IMG/VR virus record: IMGVR_UViG_2778261060_000013
DNA length: 64,000 nucleotides
Strand: one strand, 5' to 3'
Source: an uncultured virus (IMG/VR IMGVR_UViG_2778261060_000013)
Lineage: Duplodnaviria > Heunggongvirae > Uroviricota > Caudoviricetes
Shown: positions 18,042 to 27,526 of the stretch, in pieces
Position numbering within the stretch: the stretch's first letter is position 1
How the letters are laid out: each line of letters begins with the position of its first letter
Notes under the pieces: generated by a model
Told to the model about the DNA's origin: nothing
Databases searched by the model: none
The model's input: only the letters and a program-made list of their open reading frames with translations
Position numbers and translations under genes: made by a program

Positions 18042-20759
18042 ATGCCAAATAAAAAGATATCTCAGCTTTCTACGATTTCTCCGGTACCAACTGGAGGGCT
18101 TATGCTCGTTTCTAATGGTGGGGTTAGTAGGAGCGCGACAGTAAAAGATGTTGCAGAGGCTATAACTGACTCTGTTACTACGTTTACAGGCATGTCCGAC
18201 ACTCCAGATGCCATCAGCGGAAATATGTTTGTCGTTGGCAATCCCGGAGGAACAGAATTAATTTTTACAAAAAACCTAAATTTAGGAACAGGAACTTTTG
18301 TAGAAACTTCGCAGACTGGTGATTTTATAGATACTTCAGACACCGGGAACTTTCTTTTCGAATCATCGCTTTCTGGAACATATTCTACACAGTTTGACGT
18401 AACAGCAGCCGGTGGAAAGTATTTGATTAGCGAAGTGACCGCAGGTAGTCACACAACTACAACACAAGTCCAACAATTACAGATAAACTTACAAAGGGGC
18501 AACACTTATAAATTTAGAACAGATTCTAGTACAAACGGTCATCCTTTTATTTTTGTCACCGAAGGGTTAGGCGGTGGATATACTTACGAGTACACTTCGG
18601 GTATTACCAACTCTAGGGCTCAAAATGGAACTGCTCTATATTTCAGAGTGCCTCAGTCTGCCCCCAGTAATTTATTCTATCAATGCGGCGTTCATTCAAA
18701 CATGGGCGCAAGAGTAAATATATATGACAATACAGGTAACCTAGTCGACACTTCTATGACTGGGTCATTTTTAACTTCGGCAAACACAGGTATTTTAATC
18801 GGAACGAATCAAACTGGAGACTTTTTAACTTCAGCGAACACAGGAATACTTGTAGGCGTCAATCAAACAGGCGATTTCGTAAGCACTTCTATCACGGGAA
18901 ATATTTTAGTCGGTAAGGAAGAAACAGGAGTTTTTCCAACGGGCGAAGGTACTAGTGGTTATTTCGCAAAGTGGATAGAATCTGGAGTCTTAACCACAGG
19001 GCTGGTATTAGAAGACAGCGCAAGTTTTCACCCCTATATTGATAAAAATTTAGGTAAGTCAAATAAGAGGTGGGGCAGGCTTTTTTGCAAAACTGTAGAT
19101 GCTGTAAATGATGGATTTACTTTCATAGAATCAGAAACCACTAGCGCTACAAGCAGGGCAGTTGTTAGGTCTGTAAATAGCGATGGAAACTATTTAAATT
19201 TAAGAGCTGCTTCTACGGGAGATTCAACTTTAAATATCGGGTCAGGTCACTACGCTATTTATGGCACGCAGTCTGGCAAGAAGATGTTTATAGGTAACCA
19301 ACAAGATATAAACTTTCACGCTTCTTCTCAATCTATAACTAGCAGCGGTATTTCTTTTATAGCACAATTTTTAAAGACTGGGCATATAAAACTAAATGAA
19401 AAAGTAACTTTTAGTGACGCCTATACATTTCCAACAAGCGATGGGTCTGCGAAAAATTTCTTGGCTACGGACGGAGCTGGCAATATATCATTCTCTGGAG
19501 CAGCAGGTATAACGGGTGGCTTAGCAGCATCTTTCATAGAGCTTGACGACACGCCTTCTTCACTAGGATCTGCCGGGCAAGTCGTGACAGTAACCGCAGA
19601 CGGTACAAGCTTAACTTTTTCTGGTATTAGTCCTGCAGGCGGAGATGCTTTCACAGGAAACTTTTTAGATTCATTAACAGATACTCCATCCACTTATGCT
19701 GGTAATGCTGGTAGTATCGTAGTTGTTAAGACTGGTATTGATGGATTAGAGTTTAAGGCTTCTGGAGATTTCGTTGGTGCTTCTGAGACTGGAAATTTTG
19801 TAGACACAGCTTCTACAGGAATCTTAGTTGGCACTAATCAAACTGGCGAGTTTGTAGATAAAACTACAACGGGGAGTCTTTTGGTTGGCATTAACATGAC
19901 AGGAAACCTTGTTAACACTGCCATGACAGGAAGTCTGGTAAGCACAAGCATGACAGGGAATAGTTTGTTAGGCTCAGATTTTTCGGGGACAATTACAAGT
20001 CAGGTTGATTCTGGTATATACTCAGATTACTCTGCGGAATATAATGTTAACATAAACACTAGCGCAAACGCTATAGAAATTATAGAAACTAGTCCTTTAA
20101 ATTCTGGCCAGCGTGAAGTTTTAACTAAACCAGAATTAGTCTTACATAAAGGGAACACTTACAAATTTAATATTACAGGCGGAACTGGAGTATTTTTTGG
20201 AATATCTACAGGACTGAATGAATATAGTAACGTTGCTTTATTTAACTCTGGCCAAGACGAAGTAGGCGTCGCTAAAGGTATAACAGAAAGCTACTTTTTC
20301 AGAGTCCCACAAGATGCACCTAAGTACTTGGCTTACAATGCCTTTAGTACAAGGACGCCTTCCATAGCTGGCCATGGTCTTAATAATATGGGAAATCTTA
20401 TTAAGACTTCAGATGACGCAGTAAAGGTTATAAGCGGTGTTCATTCTGGGATACATTGGGACAGCGGAAATATTCAGTACGTTACTATAGGCACCGGGTC
20501 CTCTGTCCCTAGTAGCGTAGATTTTTTATTCCATAACGTAAAAGAAGGTGAAACACTTAAGATGTACATTCAGAATAAGCATACTTCTGAAATGAACTGC
20601 AACTTTGTGTCAGGCAGCCCTAATCAAGTATTTGCTCCTACTACAGCAAACGGCGATAACGTCTTCCCAACAGTAGGTGCTGGCAAGACTAATTTCTACG
20701 AGTTCACAAGAATACATACTGGTATATTTGTTCAGTATAATACAGGTTACATTTACTAA
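18042..20759 (+). CDS. Fibre-like virion protein with TG repeats and a cupredoxin-like domain
   Basis: KKISQL N-terminus, LxDTP and TGDF repeats, GHP...[10 protein letters not shown]. Confidence 0.7.
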   Translation: MPNKKISQLSTISPVPTGGLMLVSNGGVSRSATVKDVAEAITDSVTTFTGMSDTPDAISGNMFVVGNPGGTELIFTKNLNLGTGTFVETSQTGDFIDTSDTGNFLFESSLSGTYSTQFDVTAAGGKYLISEVTAGSHTTTTQVQQLQINLQRGNTYKFRTDSSTNGHPFIFVTEGLGGGYTYEYTSGITNSRAQNGTALYFRVPQSAPSNLFYQCGVHSNMGARVNIYDNTGNLVDTSMTGSFLTSANTGILIGTNQTGDFLTSANTGILVGVNQTGDFVSTSITGNILVGKEETGVFPTGEGTSGYFAKWIESGVLTTGLVLEDSASFHPYIDKNLGKSNKRWGRLFCKTVDAVNDGFTFIESETTSATSRAVVRSVNSDGNYLNLRAASTGDSTLNIGSGHYAIYGTQSGKKMFIGNQQDINFHASSQSITSSGISFIAQFLKTGHIKLNEKVTFSDAYTFPTSDGSAKNFLATDGAGNISFSGAAGITGGLAASFIELDDTPSSLGSAGQVVTVTADGTSLTFSGISPAGGDAFTGNFLDSLTDTPSTYAGNAGSIVVVKTGIDGLEFKASGDFVGASETGNFVDTASTGILVGTNQTGEFVDKTTTGSLLVGINMTGNLVNTAMTGSLVSTSMTGNSLLGSDFSGTITSQVDSGIYSDYSAEYNVNINTSANAIEIIETSPLNSGQREVLTKPELVLHKGNTYKFNITGGTGVFFGISTGLNEYSNVALFNSGQDEVGVAKGITESYFFRVPQDAPKYLAYNAFSTRTPSIAGHGLNNMGNLIKTSDDAVKVISGVHSGIHWDSGNIQYVTIGTGSSVPSSVDFLFHNVKEGETLKMYIQNKHTSEMNCNFVSGSPNQVFAPTTANGDNVFPTVGAGKTNFYEFTRIHTGIFVQYNTGYIY

Positions 20760-21187
20760 TGTCCTACAGGAGATACGCAGGAGATAAGTTTATAGGTCCA
20801 ACTGGGATAGATAATTTCCCAACTGACGTGGCCGATGGTGCTACTCTTACTACAACAGGAGTTGCTTCCGCAGAGTACGGTCAATATATAAAAGCTGGCG
20901 GAGTATGGAGAAAACTAACAGAATCTGAGTTTGTTCAACTTACTGGAACTACTAGCAGTCAAACCAGCACCATAACCCTAACTGGACTAAGCAGCATTTA
21001 CGACATTAGAGGAGTGTATTCTGGTCAGGGAGCTTTTGAATCTAGTTCTCAAGTAAGATGTTTTGTGGGAGGCGTTTTGCAAAATCCCGCTAATTATAAC
21101 TTAGAACAAGTTGGTAGTATTTCTAATATAGTGTTCGACCATGACGTTCTTTCTGGCGTTAGAACTCAAGTTCTCTATCATATTTAG
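20759..21187 (+). CDS. Small virion/fibre accessory protein
   Basis: C-terminal FVGGVLQNPANY...VLSGVRTQVLY resembles the FTGDG repeat domains of the long fibres. Confidence 0.55.
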   Translation: MSYRRYAGDKFIGPTGIDNFPTDVADGATLTTTGVASAEYGQYIKAGGVWRKLTESEFVQLTGTTSSQTSTITLTGLSSIYDIRGVYSGQGAFESSSQVRCFVGGVLQNPANYNLEQVGSISNIVFDHDVLSGVRTQVLYHI

Positions 21188-21207
21188 GCCGTGTAATAGA
21201 TTTTGGT

Positions 21208-21414
21208 ATGAAAGCACTTTCAGGCAAAAAAACTTACTTTACCGCTGGTGCAGCGGTTTTGACGGCTCTCGGCGCATATTTCGCTGGAGAGGTAGATCTG
21301 CAGACAACTATATCTGCTCTTTTCGCATCGCTAATGGCTATTTTCCTTAGAAAAGGAATTACTTCCGAGGCTAAAAAGGCCGCGGCCCCAGCAGAAGAAA
21401 AGCCAGCAGAGTAA
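21208..21414 (+). CDS. Putative holin
   Basis: 68 aa, two TM helices, GKKTY start and LRKGI end, first gene of a lysis-like trio. Confidence 0.6.
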   Translation: MKALSGKKTYFTAGAAVLTALGAYFAGEVDLQTTISALFASLMAIFLRKGITSEAKKAAAPAEEKPAE

Positions 21415-21626
21415 TGTCTTGGCTCAAGTCTATCTTAGCTATACTTGGTTCTCTGTTCAAAGTAATAGATAAAAAAACTTTGTCTTACGAGGAAAAAGTA
21501 GATAAGATAAATAGAGACAAGAAGGAACAAATAAAAGATGATTGGAAAGATACTCAAAACGAAATTGATCGTGCCTTTCGCGCTGCTAAGTCTCGCAACA
21601 GGATGCAAGACAGCAAAACCGAATAG
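21414..21626 (+). CDS. Putative inner-membrane spanin (Rz-like)
   Basis: N-terminal hydrophobic/amphipathic anchor plus a charged helix; overlapped by a lipoprotein gene. Confidence 0.5.
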   Translation: MSWLKSILAILGSLFKVIDKKTLSYEEKVDKINRDKKEQIKDDWKDTQNEIDRAFRAAKSRNRMQDSKTE

Positions 21627-21786
21627 TAATATTTCCATTCCTCAAGTTCCTCAAGATATAGTCCAGAGGTTGATGACTCACCCTCAAATTGATAAAGCTT
21701 GGGAGCATGTTCCAGAATTTACTCGTGATGTATTAAAAACAATTTCAGATCAATCTGCAGAGATTGAGCTTCTGAAAACTAAATAA
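21538..21786 (+). CDS. Putative outer-membrane spanin lipoprotein (Rz1-like)
   Basis: Lipobox LLSLATGC with a Pro-rich segment after the Cys; overlaps the preceding gene in another frame. Confidence 0.6.
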   Translation: MIGKILKTKLIVPFALLSLATGCKTAKPNSNISIPQVPQDIVQRLMTHPQIDKAWEHVPEFTRDVLKTISDQSAEIELLKTK

Positions 21787-21789
21787 ATT

Positions 21790-22095
21790 ATGAAAAAACT
21801 ATTAGTATTCATGATCGCATTGGTAGTCTTCTCCGTTCCGGTAGAAGCTAAAGAGAAGAAAGAAAAGTGGTTTGGTGCTGGCGTAAAACCAGACCCAACC
21901 TTAACAATCCCCTTTGTGGGAGTAAAGGCACCGCTTCCAACTGCCTGTATCGGCAAGGACGTGTCTGCTTCTTTTGACTTTAAATGCGATAAAAAAAGTA
22001 TCTCTTTTAAATTGCCGTACTTCAAGTTCGAGTGGGATTTTCCCGGTCTTTCTTTAGGGCGCGGCGATAAAAAGATTACGCTAGGTAATAAGTAA
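21790..22095 (+). CDS. Secreted small beta-rich protein
   Basis: Signal peptide MKKLLVFMIALVVFSVPVEA. Confidence 0.6.
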   Translation: MKKLLVFMIALVVFSVPVEAKEKKEKWFGAGVKPDPTLTIPFVGVKAPLPTACIGKDVSASFDFKCDKKSISFKLPYFKFEWDFPGLSLGRGDKKITLGNK

Positions 22096-22170
22096 AGTAT
22101 TAAATGCACTTTAAACGTGCTACACTCTAGAAGTGTTTTAACGACGATCTGCAAAGATACTTAGAATCGC

Positions 22171-22197
22171 ACCCGCTCTTTATGAGCGGGTTTTTTT
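22171..22197 (+). terminator. Rho-independent terminator
   Basis: ACCCGCTC...GAGCGGGT followed by a T tract. Confidence 0.85.
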
Positions 22198-22232
22198 CTA
22201 AAAACGCATAAATACGTGTATAAATATACTAA

Positions 22233-22646
22233 GTGGCAAATAACAATCACATTATATTAGAGATTACTTCCGCAGAAAAGGAAGTTACTCAAGACCCTTT
22301 TATAAATTATTCGCTGAAAGTAAAGAAATACTTAGAAACAAAAGCCACTGAAGTTAAAGGCGTGGGTATAGAAACTTTAATAAAAGTTTTTAAATCTGCC
22401 GGAAGAGATTGTAGTGATATTAAATATTGCGCCGCAAGAATAAATAACTTTTTAGAAGTGTTCTCTGATTACAAAAATTTTAAAACTGCTGTTGCAAACA
22501 ACTTTGAACCAAGCGAAGAATGTTTAGCGGTCGCTATAATAGAATGCAAAGATCACGATATAGATGAAATTGAATTTGAAGACGTAGATCAGTTTTATCT
22601 AGAAACAAAAGACGAATTTAAAAACTCAATAGATATAGAAATATGA
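22233..22646 (+). CDS. Hypothetical protein of the head module
   Basis: First gene after GTGTAT at 22216; YCAARINNFL echoes WAMARVNMFL in the next gene. Confidence 0.5.
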   Translation: MANNNHIILEITSAEKEVTQDPFINYSLKVKKYLETKATEVKGVGIETLIKVFKSAGRDCSDIKYCAARINNFLEVFSDYKNFKTAVANNFEPSEECLAVAIIECKDHDIDEIEFEDVDQFYLETKDEFKNSIDIEI

Positions 22647-23863
22647 TTGTTGATTTTACAGATAAAATACTCGAGGCTAAAGAAAAGAAAACTTTAAATA
22701 AGCCCTTTCGCACCCCGGGTGGACCTAAGAAGTTTTCTGTCTATGTTAAAAATGAAAAAGGTAACGTAGTTAAAGTTAACTTCGGCGATCCTAATATGGA
22801 AATTAAACGCGACGATCCTGCTAGGCGTAAAAGCTTTCGTGCTCGTCATAACTGCGACAACCCCGGTCCAAAGACAAAAGCTCGCTATTGGTCTTGCCAG
22901 CAATGGCGCGCCGGTAAAAGAGTTCAGGGGTCAGAAATAGATTACGAGTGGGACGGTCAAACTTTTTTCGACCACGACGAGTTATTAACGATTAACCCTG
23001 CTCTAGCTTTTGTCGAAGAGGAAGTTGCTGATGACGGTGACTGCGGATGCGGTAATTGTGATTGCGATGAGATTGAAGCTAAGCACGACATGAAAAAGTA
23101 TAGCTTCAATAACCCCGGTCAAGCTATGCAAATGGCAAAGAAGATGGGATTCGATGATATTCACACTCATGGCGAAGGTGACGATACAGTGTTTATGCCC
23201 GGTCCGAGTCATGAAGCTTTGATGAAAAAGCTTGGCGAATCTAAAGCTGAAGAGGAATACGCTAGCCTTTGGGAAAATATCAAAAAGAAACGCGACAGAA
23301 TCAAAAAAGGTTCTGGAGAAAAAATGAGAAAAAAGGGTGCTAAAGGTGCACCCACTTCAGAGCAGATGGAGAAGGCTAAGAAAGCTTCTAAAATAAAGAA
23401 GAAAAGCTATGGCTCAGAAGAGTACGTGATGTCTCAAGAAGAGTTTGAAGAAGTCATGGATTTGGAAGAGATGGAGTTTTGGAAAGAAGAATCTGATGCA
23501 GCTAAAAGACCGGGAAGAAAGTCCGGCGCGCAAACTCCCGCTAAACCTAGCGAGAGAAGAAAAGGTTCTTCTAAGAATAAACCGGGCAGCGCAGGAAAGG
23601 GTGGTCCTTCCATTACTTTCTCAGAGAAAGTGACAAAGTCTTTAAAAGAAAAAGTTAAAAACCATAACGCAAAGAGCAAAAAGAAAGTTACTCTTTCTCA
23701 GCTTAAAAAAGTCTATAGAAGAGGAGCAGGCGCGTTCTCTTCTTCTCACCGTCCCGGCATGAGCCGTGGTGGCTGGGCAATGGCACGCGTTAATATGTTC
23801 TTAAAAATGAAGCGCGGTGGCAAAGTAAAAGATTCTTATAGAAAAGCTGACGGAGATATTTAA
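22643..23863 (+). CDS. Multi-module basic protein of the head module (probable internal/core protein)
   Basis: Concatenated basic modules (LNKPFRTPGGPKKF...RKSFRARHNC; SLWENIKKKR...; LKKVYRRGAGAF...WAMARVN) separated by acidic linkers. Confidence 0.6.
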   Translation: MIVDFTDKILEAKEKKTLNKPFRTPGGPKKFSVYVKNEKGNVVKVNFGDPNMEIKRDDPARRKSFRARHNCDNPGPKTKARYWSCQQWRAGKRVQGSEIDYEWDGQTFFDHDELLTINPALAFVEEEVADDGDCGCGNCDCDEIEAKHDMKKYSFNNPGQAMQMAKKMGFDDIHTHGEGDDTVFMPGPSHEALMKKLGESKAEEEYASLWENIKKKRDRIKKGSGEKMRKKGAKGAPTSEQMEKAKKASKIKKKSYGSEEYVMSQEEFEEVMDLEEMEFWKEESDAAKRPGRKSGAQTPAKPSERRKGSSKNKPGSAGKGGPSITFSEKVTKSLKEKVKNHNAKSKKKVTLSQLKKVYRRGAGAFSSSHRPGMSRGGWAMARVNMFLKMKRGGKVKDSYRKADGDI

Positions 23864-23865
23864 AA

Positions 23866-25308
23866 ATGAAAACTAAGTATACGACTATTTTTAGTTCCCA
23901 TATTAGGCCGCTAGTGTCTGAAGAAAAAGACCAGCATCTAGCGTTAGCCTCTATGGTTGATTTAGAAAAGTTCGTCCCAGAAGTAGACACAGACGCCAAC
24001 TATGATTTGTTGCCTGTAGCGTTTAACGCTTTCGTTGCAAACAGAGTTAATAAAAATGGCGATGTAGTAGATACTGAGACAGCTATAGCGATGCACAAAA
24101 ACTTTGTTAACAAGCCTGTTAACATTGAGCATAATCGTAAATCTGTAATTGGCACTATCCTCACAGCAGGTTTTTCTTCTTTTGGAGACGACAAACCTTT
24201 GTCTGAAGAAGAAGTTAAAGACATGAAAGGTCCTTTCAATGTAACTCTTGGCGGAGTTATCTGGAAGATTACAGATAAAGAGCTCGCCGATAAAATAGAA
24301 AATTCTAGCGACCCAACTAGCGACGATTACATGAATATTAGCGCTAGCTGGGAACTTGGCTTTAACGAATATAACATTGTTGTTCTCGAGGCCGAAGAGA
24401 AAAATATTGAAAATGCTAGAATTATTTCTGACCCGCAAGAAGTCGAAGCCTACCAAGGCAAGCTAAGAGGCTTCGGCGGCGAAGGTAAGTTGGACGACGG
24501 GTCTCATGTTTACAGAAAAGTAGTAAACAAGGTAGTTCCTCTAGGGATTGGCTTGACTGAAAATCCCGCGGCCGATGTAAAAGGCGTTCTGGTAGCATCG
24601 GAAGATACACAAATTGAAGCCGAAGTTGCCGAACAAAATGAAGAAAAAATTTCCCAAAATACTAAAACAAATGTAAGTATTCAAAAGGTGGAAGCTATGA
24701 AAATAGAAAATATCACAGACATCAATGACGAGTCCTTGCAGACTCTTAAAGCTTCTGCGATTCATGAGTACATTCAAGAGAGTCTGAAGGATGCCTCTGA
24801 GAAGTTCACTTCTGAGAAGCAAGAAAAAGAAGACGCTCTTGCTGAAGCTAATGAAAAGCATGAAGGTCTGCTGAAAGAGCACGAAACTCTTAAGGCAGAG
24901 CTAGAGTCCGTCAAGGAGAAGTTAGCTTCTCTTGAAACTGAAAAGGTAGAGAGAGAAATGCTAGAGCAGTTCAATCAAAGAATGGCCTCCTTCGACGAGC
25001 GTTATGACTTGACTGACGAAGACCGCAAGGTTCTCGCTAGTCAGATCAAGGACTTGACCGAAGAGGATTTCACCGCCTTTGATCAGAACATGACGGTTCT
25101 TCTTTCCTCTAAAGTGAAAACTGAAGAGACTGAAGAAGTTGTAGAAGAAGTAGAAGCCTCTGTTGCTGAAGAAGTAGTCGAGTCTGCTGTTGAAAACGCA
25201 GAAGTCGAAAAGGAAACTGTTCCTGTTTCTTCTCCGGCTGAAGAACCTTCTATTACTGAAAAGTATAGTAAAGCTTTTAGTATCGAAAACTTCGATATCA
25301 AACTCTAA
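23866..25308 (+). CDS. Prohead protease fused to a C-terminal scaffold
   Basis: NKNGD, NIEH, SASWE, GIGLTENPAA motifs followed by an acidic coiled coil; position upstream of the capsid genes. Confidence 0.8.
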   Translation: MKTKYTTIFSSHIRPLVSEEKDQHLALASMVDLEKFVPEVDTDANYDLLPVAFNAFVANRVNKNGDVVDTETAIAMHKNFVNKPVNIEHNRKSVIGTILTAGFSSFGDDKPLSEEEVKDMKGPFNVTLGGVIWKITDKELADKIENSSDPTSDDYMNISASWELGFNEYNIVVLEAEEKNIENARIISDPQEVEAYQGKLRGFGGEGKLDDGSHVYRKVVNKVVPLGIGLTENPAADVKGVLVASEDTQIEAEVAEQNEEKISQNTKTNVSIQKVEAMKIENITDINDESLQTLKASAIHEYIQESLKDASEKFTSEKQEKEDALAEANEKHEGLLKEHETLKAELESVKEKLASLETEKVEREMLEQFNQRMASFDERYDLTDEDRKVLASQIKDLTEEDFTAFDQNMTVLLSSKVKTEETEEVVEEVEASVAEEVVESAVENAEVEKETVPVSSPAEEPSITEKYSKAFSIENFDIKL

Positions 25309-25326
25309 TAGGAAAACCAAAATATT

Positions 25327-25896
25327 ATGGCAAATGAAAGACTAATGCCCTTCCGGGATTATGATGAGCACGATGTCATCAATTTGTTTGCGTTTGGTGA
25401 TACAGCTGTTGTTCTTAATGATTCAACCACCGTTGAGGCTGGTTCAGTCGTTAAGATTAAGACTGGCTGGAAAAACACCGACGAAACGCAACTTTTGACT
25501 GACGTTGGAGCTTCTTACAATAACGTTGTTTCTCAACGTTATGGCGTTAACGCAGAGGTCGAGTACGCAAATGGTGGCGATGAGACACCACTTGGTATTC
25601 TTCTTTATGACGTTAGAGAGTTCGACGAAAATGGCGAAAGACTTAAATTCAATCCGCAGAAAGCTGCTGAACTTAACGCAGCTATCAGTGGTCAGGCCGT
25701 GCCGATTGCTACGAGAGGTATTTTCCTCTTCGCTACTGGCGCGTTCACTGCTGCTGGCTCTGTTGGTGCTGGGTCTAACCTTTACGCTAGTGGTGATGGC
25801 AAATTAACCTCGACAGTTGCTGAAAACACGAAGGTTGGTAAAGCTATTGGTGACCCTGATGCTGATGGTAGCGTCTTGGTGAAACTTGAACTGTAA
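25327..25896 (+). CDS. Head decoration/cement protein
   Basis: 189 aa between scaffold and MCP; PLGILL, GQAVPIATRG, VGKAIG, LVKLEL. Confidence 0.7.
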   Translation: MANERLMPFRDYDEHDVINLFAFGDTAVVLNDSTTVEAGSVVKIKTGWKNTDETQLLTDVGASYNNVVSQRYGVNAEVEYANGGDETPLGILLYDVREFDENGERLKFNPQKAAELNAAISGQAVPIATRGIFLFATGAFTAAGSVGAGSNLYASGDGKLTSTVAENTKVGKAIGDPDADGSVLVKLEL

Positions 25897-25915
25897 TTAA
25901 TAGGAGAATTATAAA

Positions 25916-27055
25916 ATGAAGTTAAAATTTAAAGAAACTCCAGAACAAGTTGAATTGATCAAAGCGATGGGCTCTAAACGCCCAGAGGTTTCTCGCGAAG
26001 CTTCCGAGGCTTTTGCAGCTTTTATTGGCCCTGTTATCCAGCAGGTGCTTCTTCAAGCTGACACAGCTTCGTCTGTTTATTCCGACGTTGTTTACGACGA
26101 AGACGACAATCCGAGCTACCCGCTCGATTTGTTTTTCGAGCAGAGAAATGCTGATAACTACGTTTCTGTAGTGCAGCAGAATATCGCTGGTGGTCTTCCG
26201 AGCTCTCAAATTGCTGGCGCAAACGAGTTGAAGGTAGCTACCTACAAGCTCGACGCTGCCGTTAGCTTTTTGAAGAAGTATGCTCGCCGCGGTCGTCTTG
26301 ACGTAGTTAGCAAGGCTGTTGAGCGTATGGCTCAGGAAGTCTTGGTGAAGCAAGAGCGCAATGCGTGGGCGGTTATCCTTAAAGCTCTCTCTGAGGGTAA
26401 AGGTACTGGTTCTAGCAATGGTGCTCACATTGTTAATAACGTTGGTAGCACTGAAACCTTCCAGCTCGATACCTTGAATGCGATGATTACTCGTATGAAG
26501 CGCATCAACAAGTCGTTCGCTGGCGGTACTGCTGCTCAGGTCTACTCCGAAGGCATCACTGATCTCTTCGTCAGCCCTGAAGTTAAGCAAGATATCAGAG
26601 CGTTCTCATATTCTCCGATTGGTAATAACGCTAATCAGAACATTCCTGATGACGCGAAGAGCGACGCTTATAGAGCTGCTGGTATTGCTAATATCTTCGG
26701 TATTAACATTATCGACTTGCAGGAACTCGGTGTTGGTCAGAAGTACAATACATTGTACGAGACCTTCAGTGACTCCGCTGGTTTGGCTGGCGCTGTTAAC
26801 GAGGCTGGTGCTACAACCACTTCCGCGTTTAACGACGGTTCTAGCCACGAGTTGGTGCTCGGTGTGGATGCTAGCCGCGAGGCTCTTATTCGCCCAGTTG
26901 CTCGTAACTCTGAGTCTGGCGCAACGTTCAGCGCATTGCCGGATGACCAGTTCACTCAACGTGCCGATAAGACCGGTTTCTACGGTTCTGTCGAAGAGGG
27001 TCGTGTTTGTATCGACGCTCGCGTGCTTGTTGGTGGTCACCTCAAGCGTTCTTAA
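25916..27055 (+). CDS. Major capsid protein
   Basis: 379 aa, strong high-expression codon bias, GGAG RBS, follows protease and decoration genes, ends at a strong terminator. Confidence 0.85.
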   Translation: MKLKFKETPEQVELIKAMGSKRPEVSREASEAFAAFIGPVIQQVLLQADTASSVYSDVVYDEDDNPSYPLDLFFEQRNADNYVSVVQQNIAGGLPSSQIAGANELKVATYKLDAAVSFLKKYARRGRLDVVSKAVERMAQEVLVKQERNAWAVILKALSEGKGTGSSNGAHIVNNVGSTETFQLDTLNAMITRMKRINKSFAGGTAAQVYSEGITDLFVSPEVKQDIRAFSYSPIGNNANQNIPDDAKSDAYRAAGIANIFGINIIDLQELGVGQKYNTLYETFSDSAGLAGAVNEAGATTTSAFNDGSSHELVLGVDASREALIRPVARNSESGATFSALPDDQFTQRADKTGFYGSVEEGRVCIDARVLVGGHLKRS

Positions 27056-27076
27056 TAAAACGTTAAATAATTCAAA

Positions 27077-27105
27077 GCCCGTCGACTTCGGTCGGCGGGG
27101 TTTTT
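27077..27105 (+). terminator. Rho-independent terminator with C(UUCG)G tetraloop
   Basis: CCCGTCGAC-TTCG-GTCGGCGGG followed by a T tract. Confidence 0.9.
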
Positions 27106-27163
27106 ATTTCTATTTATTAGATTATTTGTGTATTTTATATATAATAAGGAAAGGTTAAAGGTT

Positions 27164-27523
27164 ATGGCAGTTAAAAGGAAAAAGAAAAGTTTAGATAGTA
27201 TTAATCAAACTCATGCTAAGGTAGAAAAGAAGTTTGAACCAACAACTCTAGATCAAATCTGGGGAGATGATGGAGCTTCTGAATACGGAACTTTAGATTA
27301 CCAAAGCTATCAAGAAAAAATCTTCGACATGAATATGTCGGATCTTCAAGCTCACGCTTCTCGTGTTGGTATTGTTCCCATCGACAATAGAAATATGTTA
27401 ACAGATAGACTTTTAAGAGAGTTTAGTAAACATGTTTCATCTTTTAGGAAACCTGTCGAAGACTTGGGGGAACAGCAAAACATTCCTAAGAAAATTAAAG
27501 ATATCTTAGCAGAGGGAAGGTAG
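27164..27523 (+). CDS. Hypothetical protein
   Basis: MAVKRKKK start after AAGG; the track's GTG start at 27128 coincides with the GTGTA motif. Confidence 0.6.
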   Translation: MAVKRKKKSLDSINQTHAKVEKKFEPTTLDQIWGDDGASEYGTLDYQSYQEKIFDMNMSDLQAHASRVGIVPIDNRNMLTDRLLREFSKHVSSFRKPVEDLGEQQNIPKKIKDILAEGR

Positions 27524-27526
27524 TAA

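Noticed and set aside
25922..27158. Long antisense/alternate-frame ORFs over the major capsid gene
   Set aside because: Shadow ORFs expected from strong codon bias; no motifs, RBS or promoter
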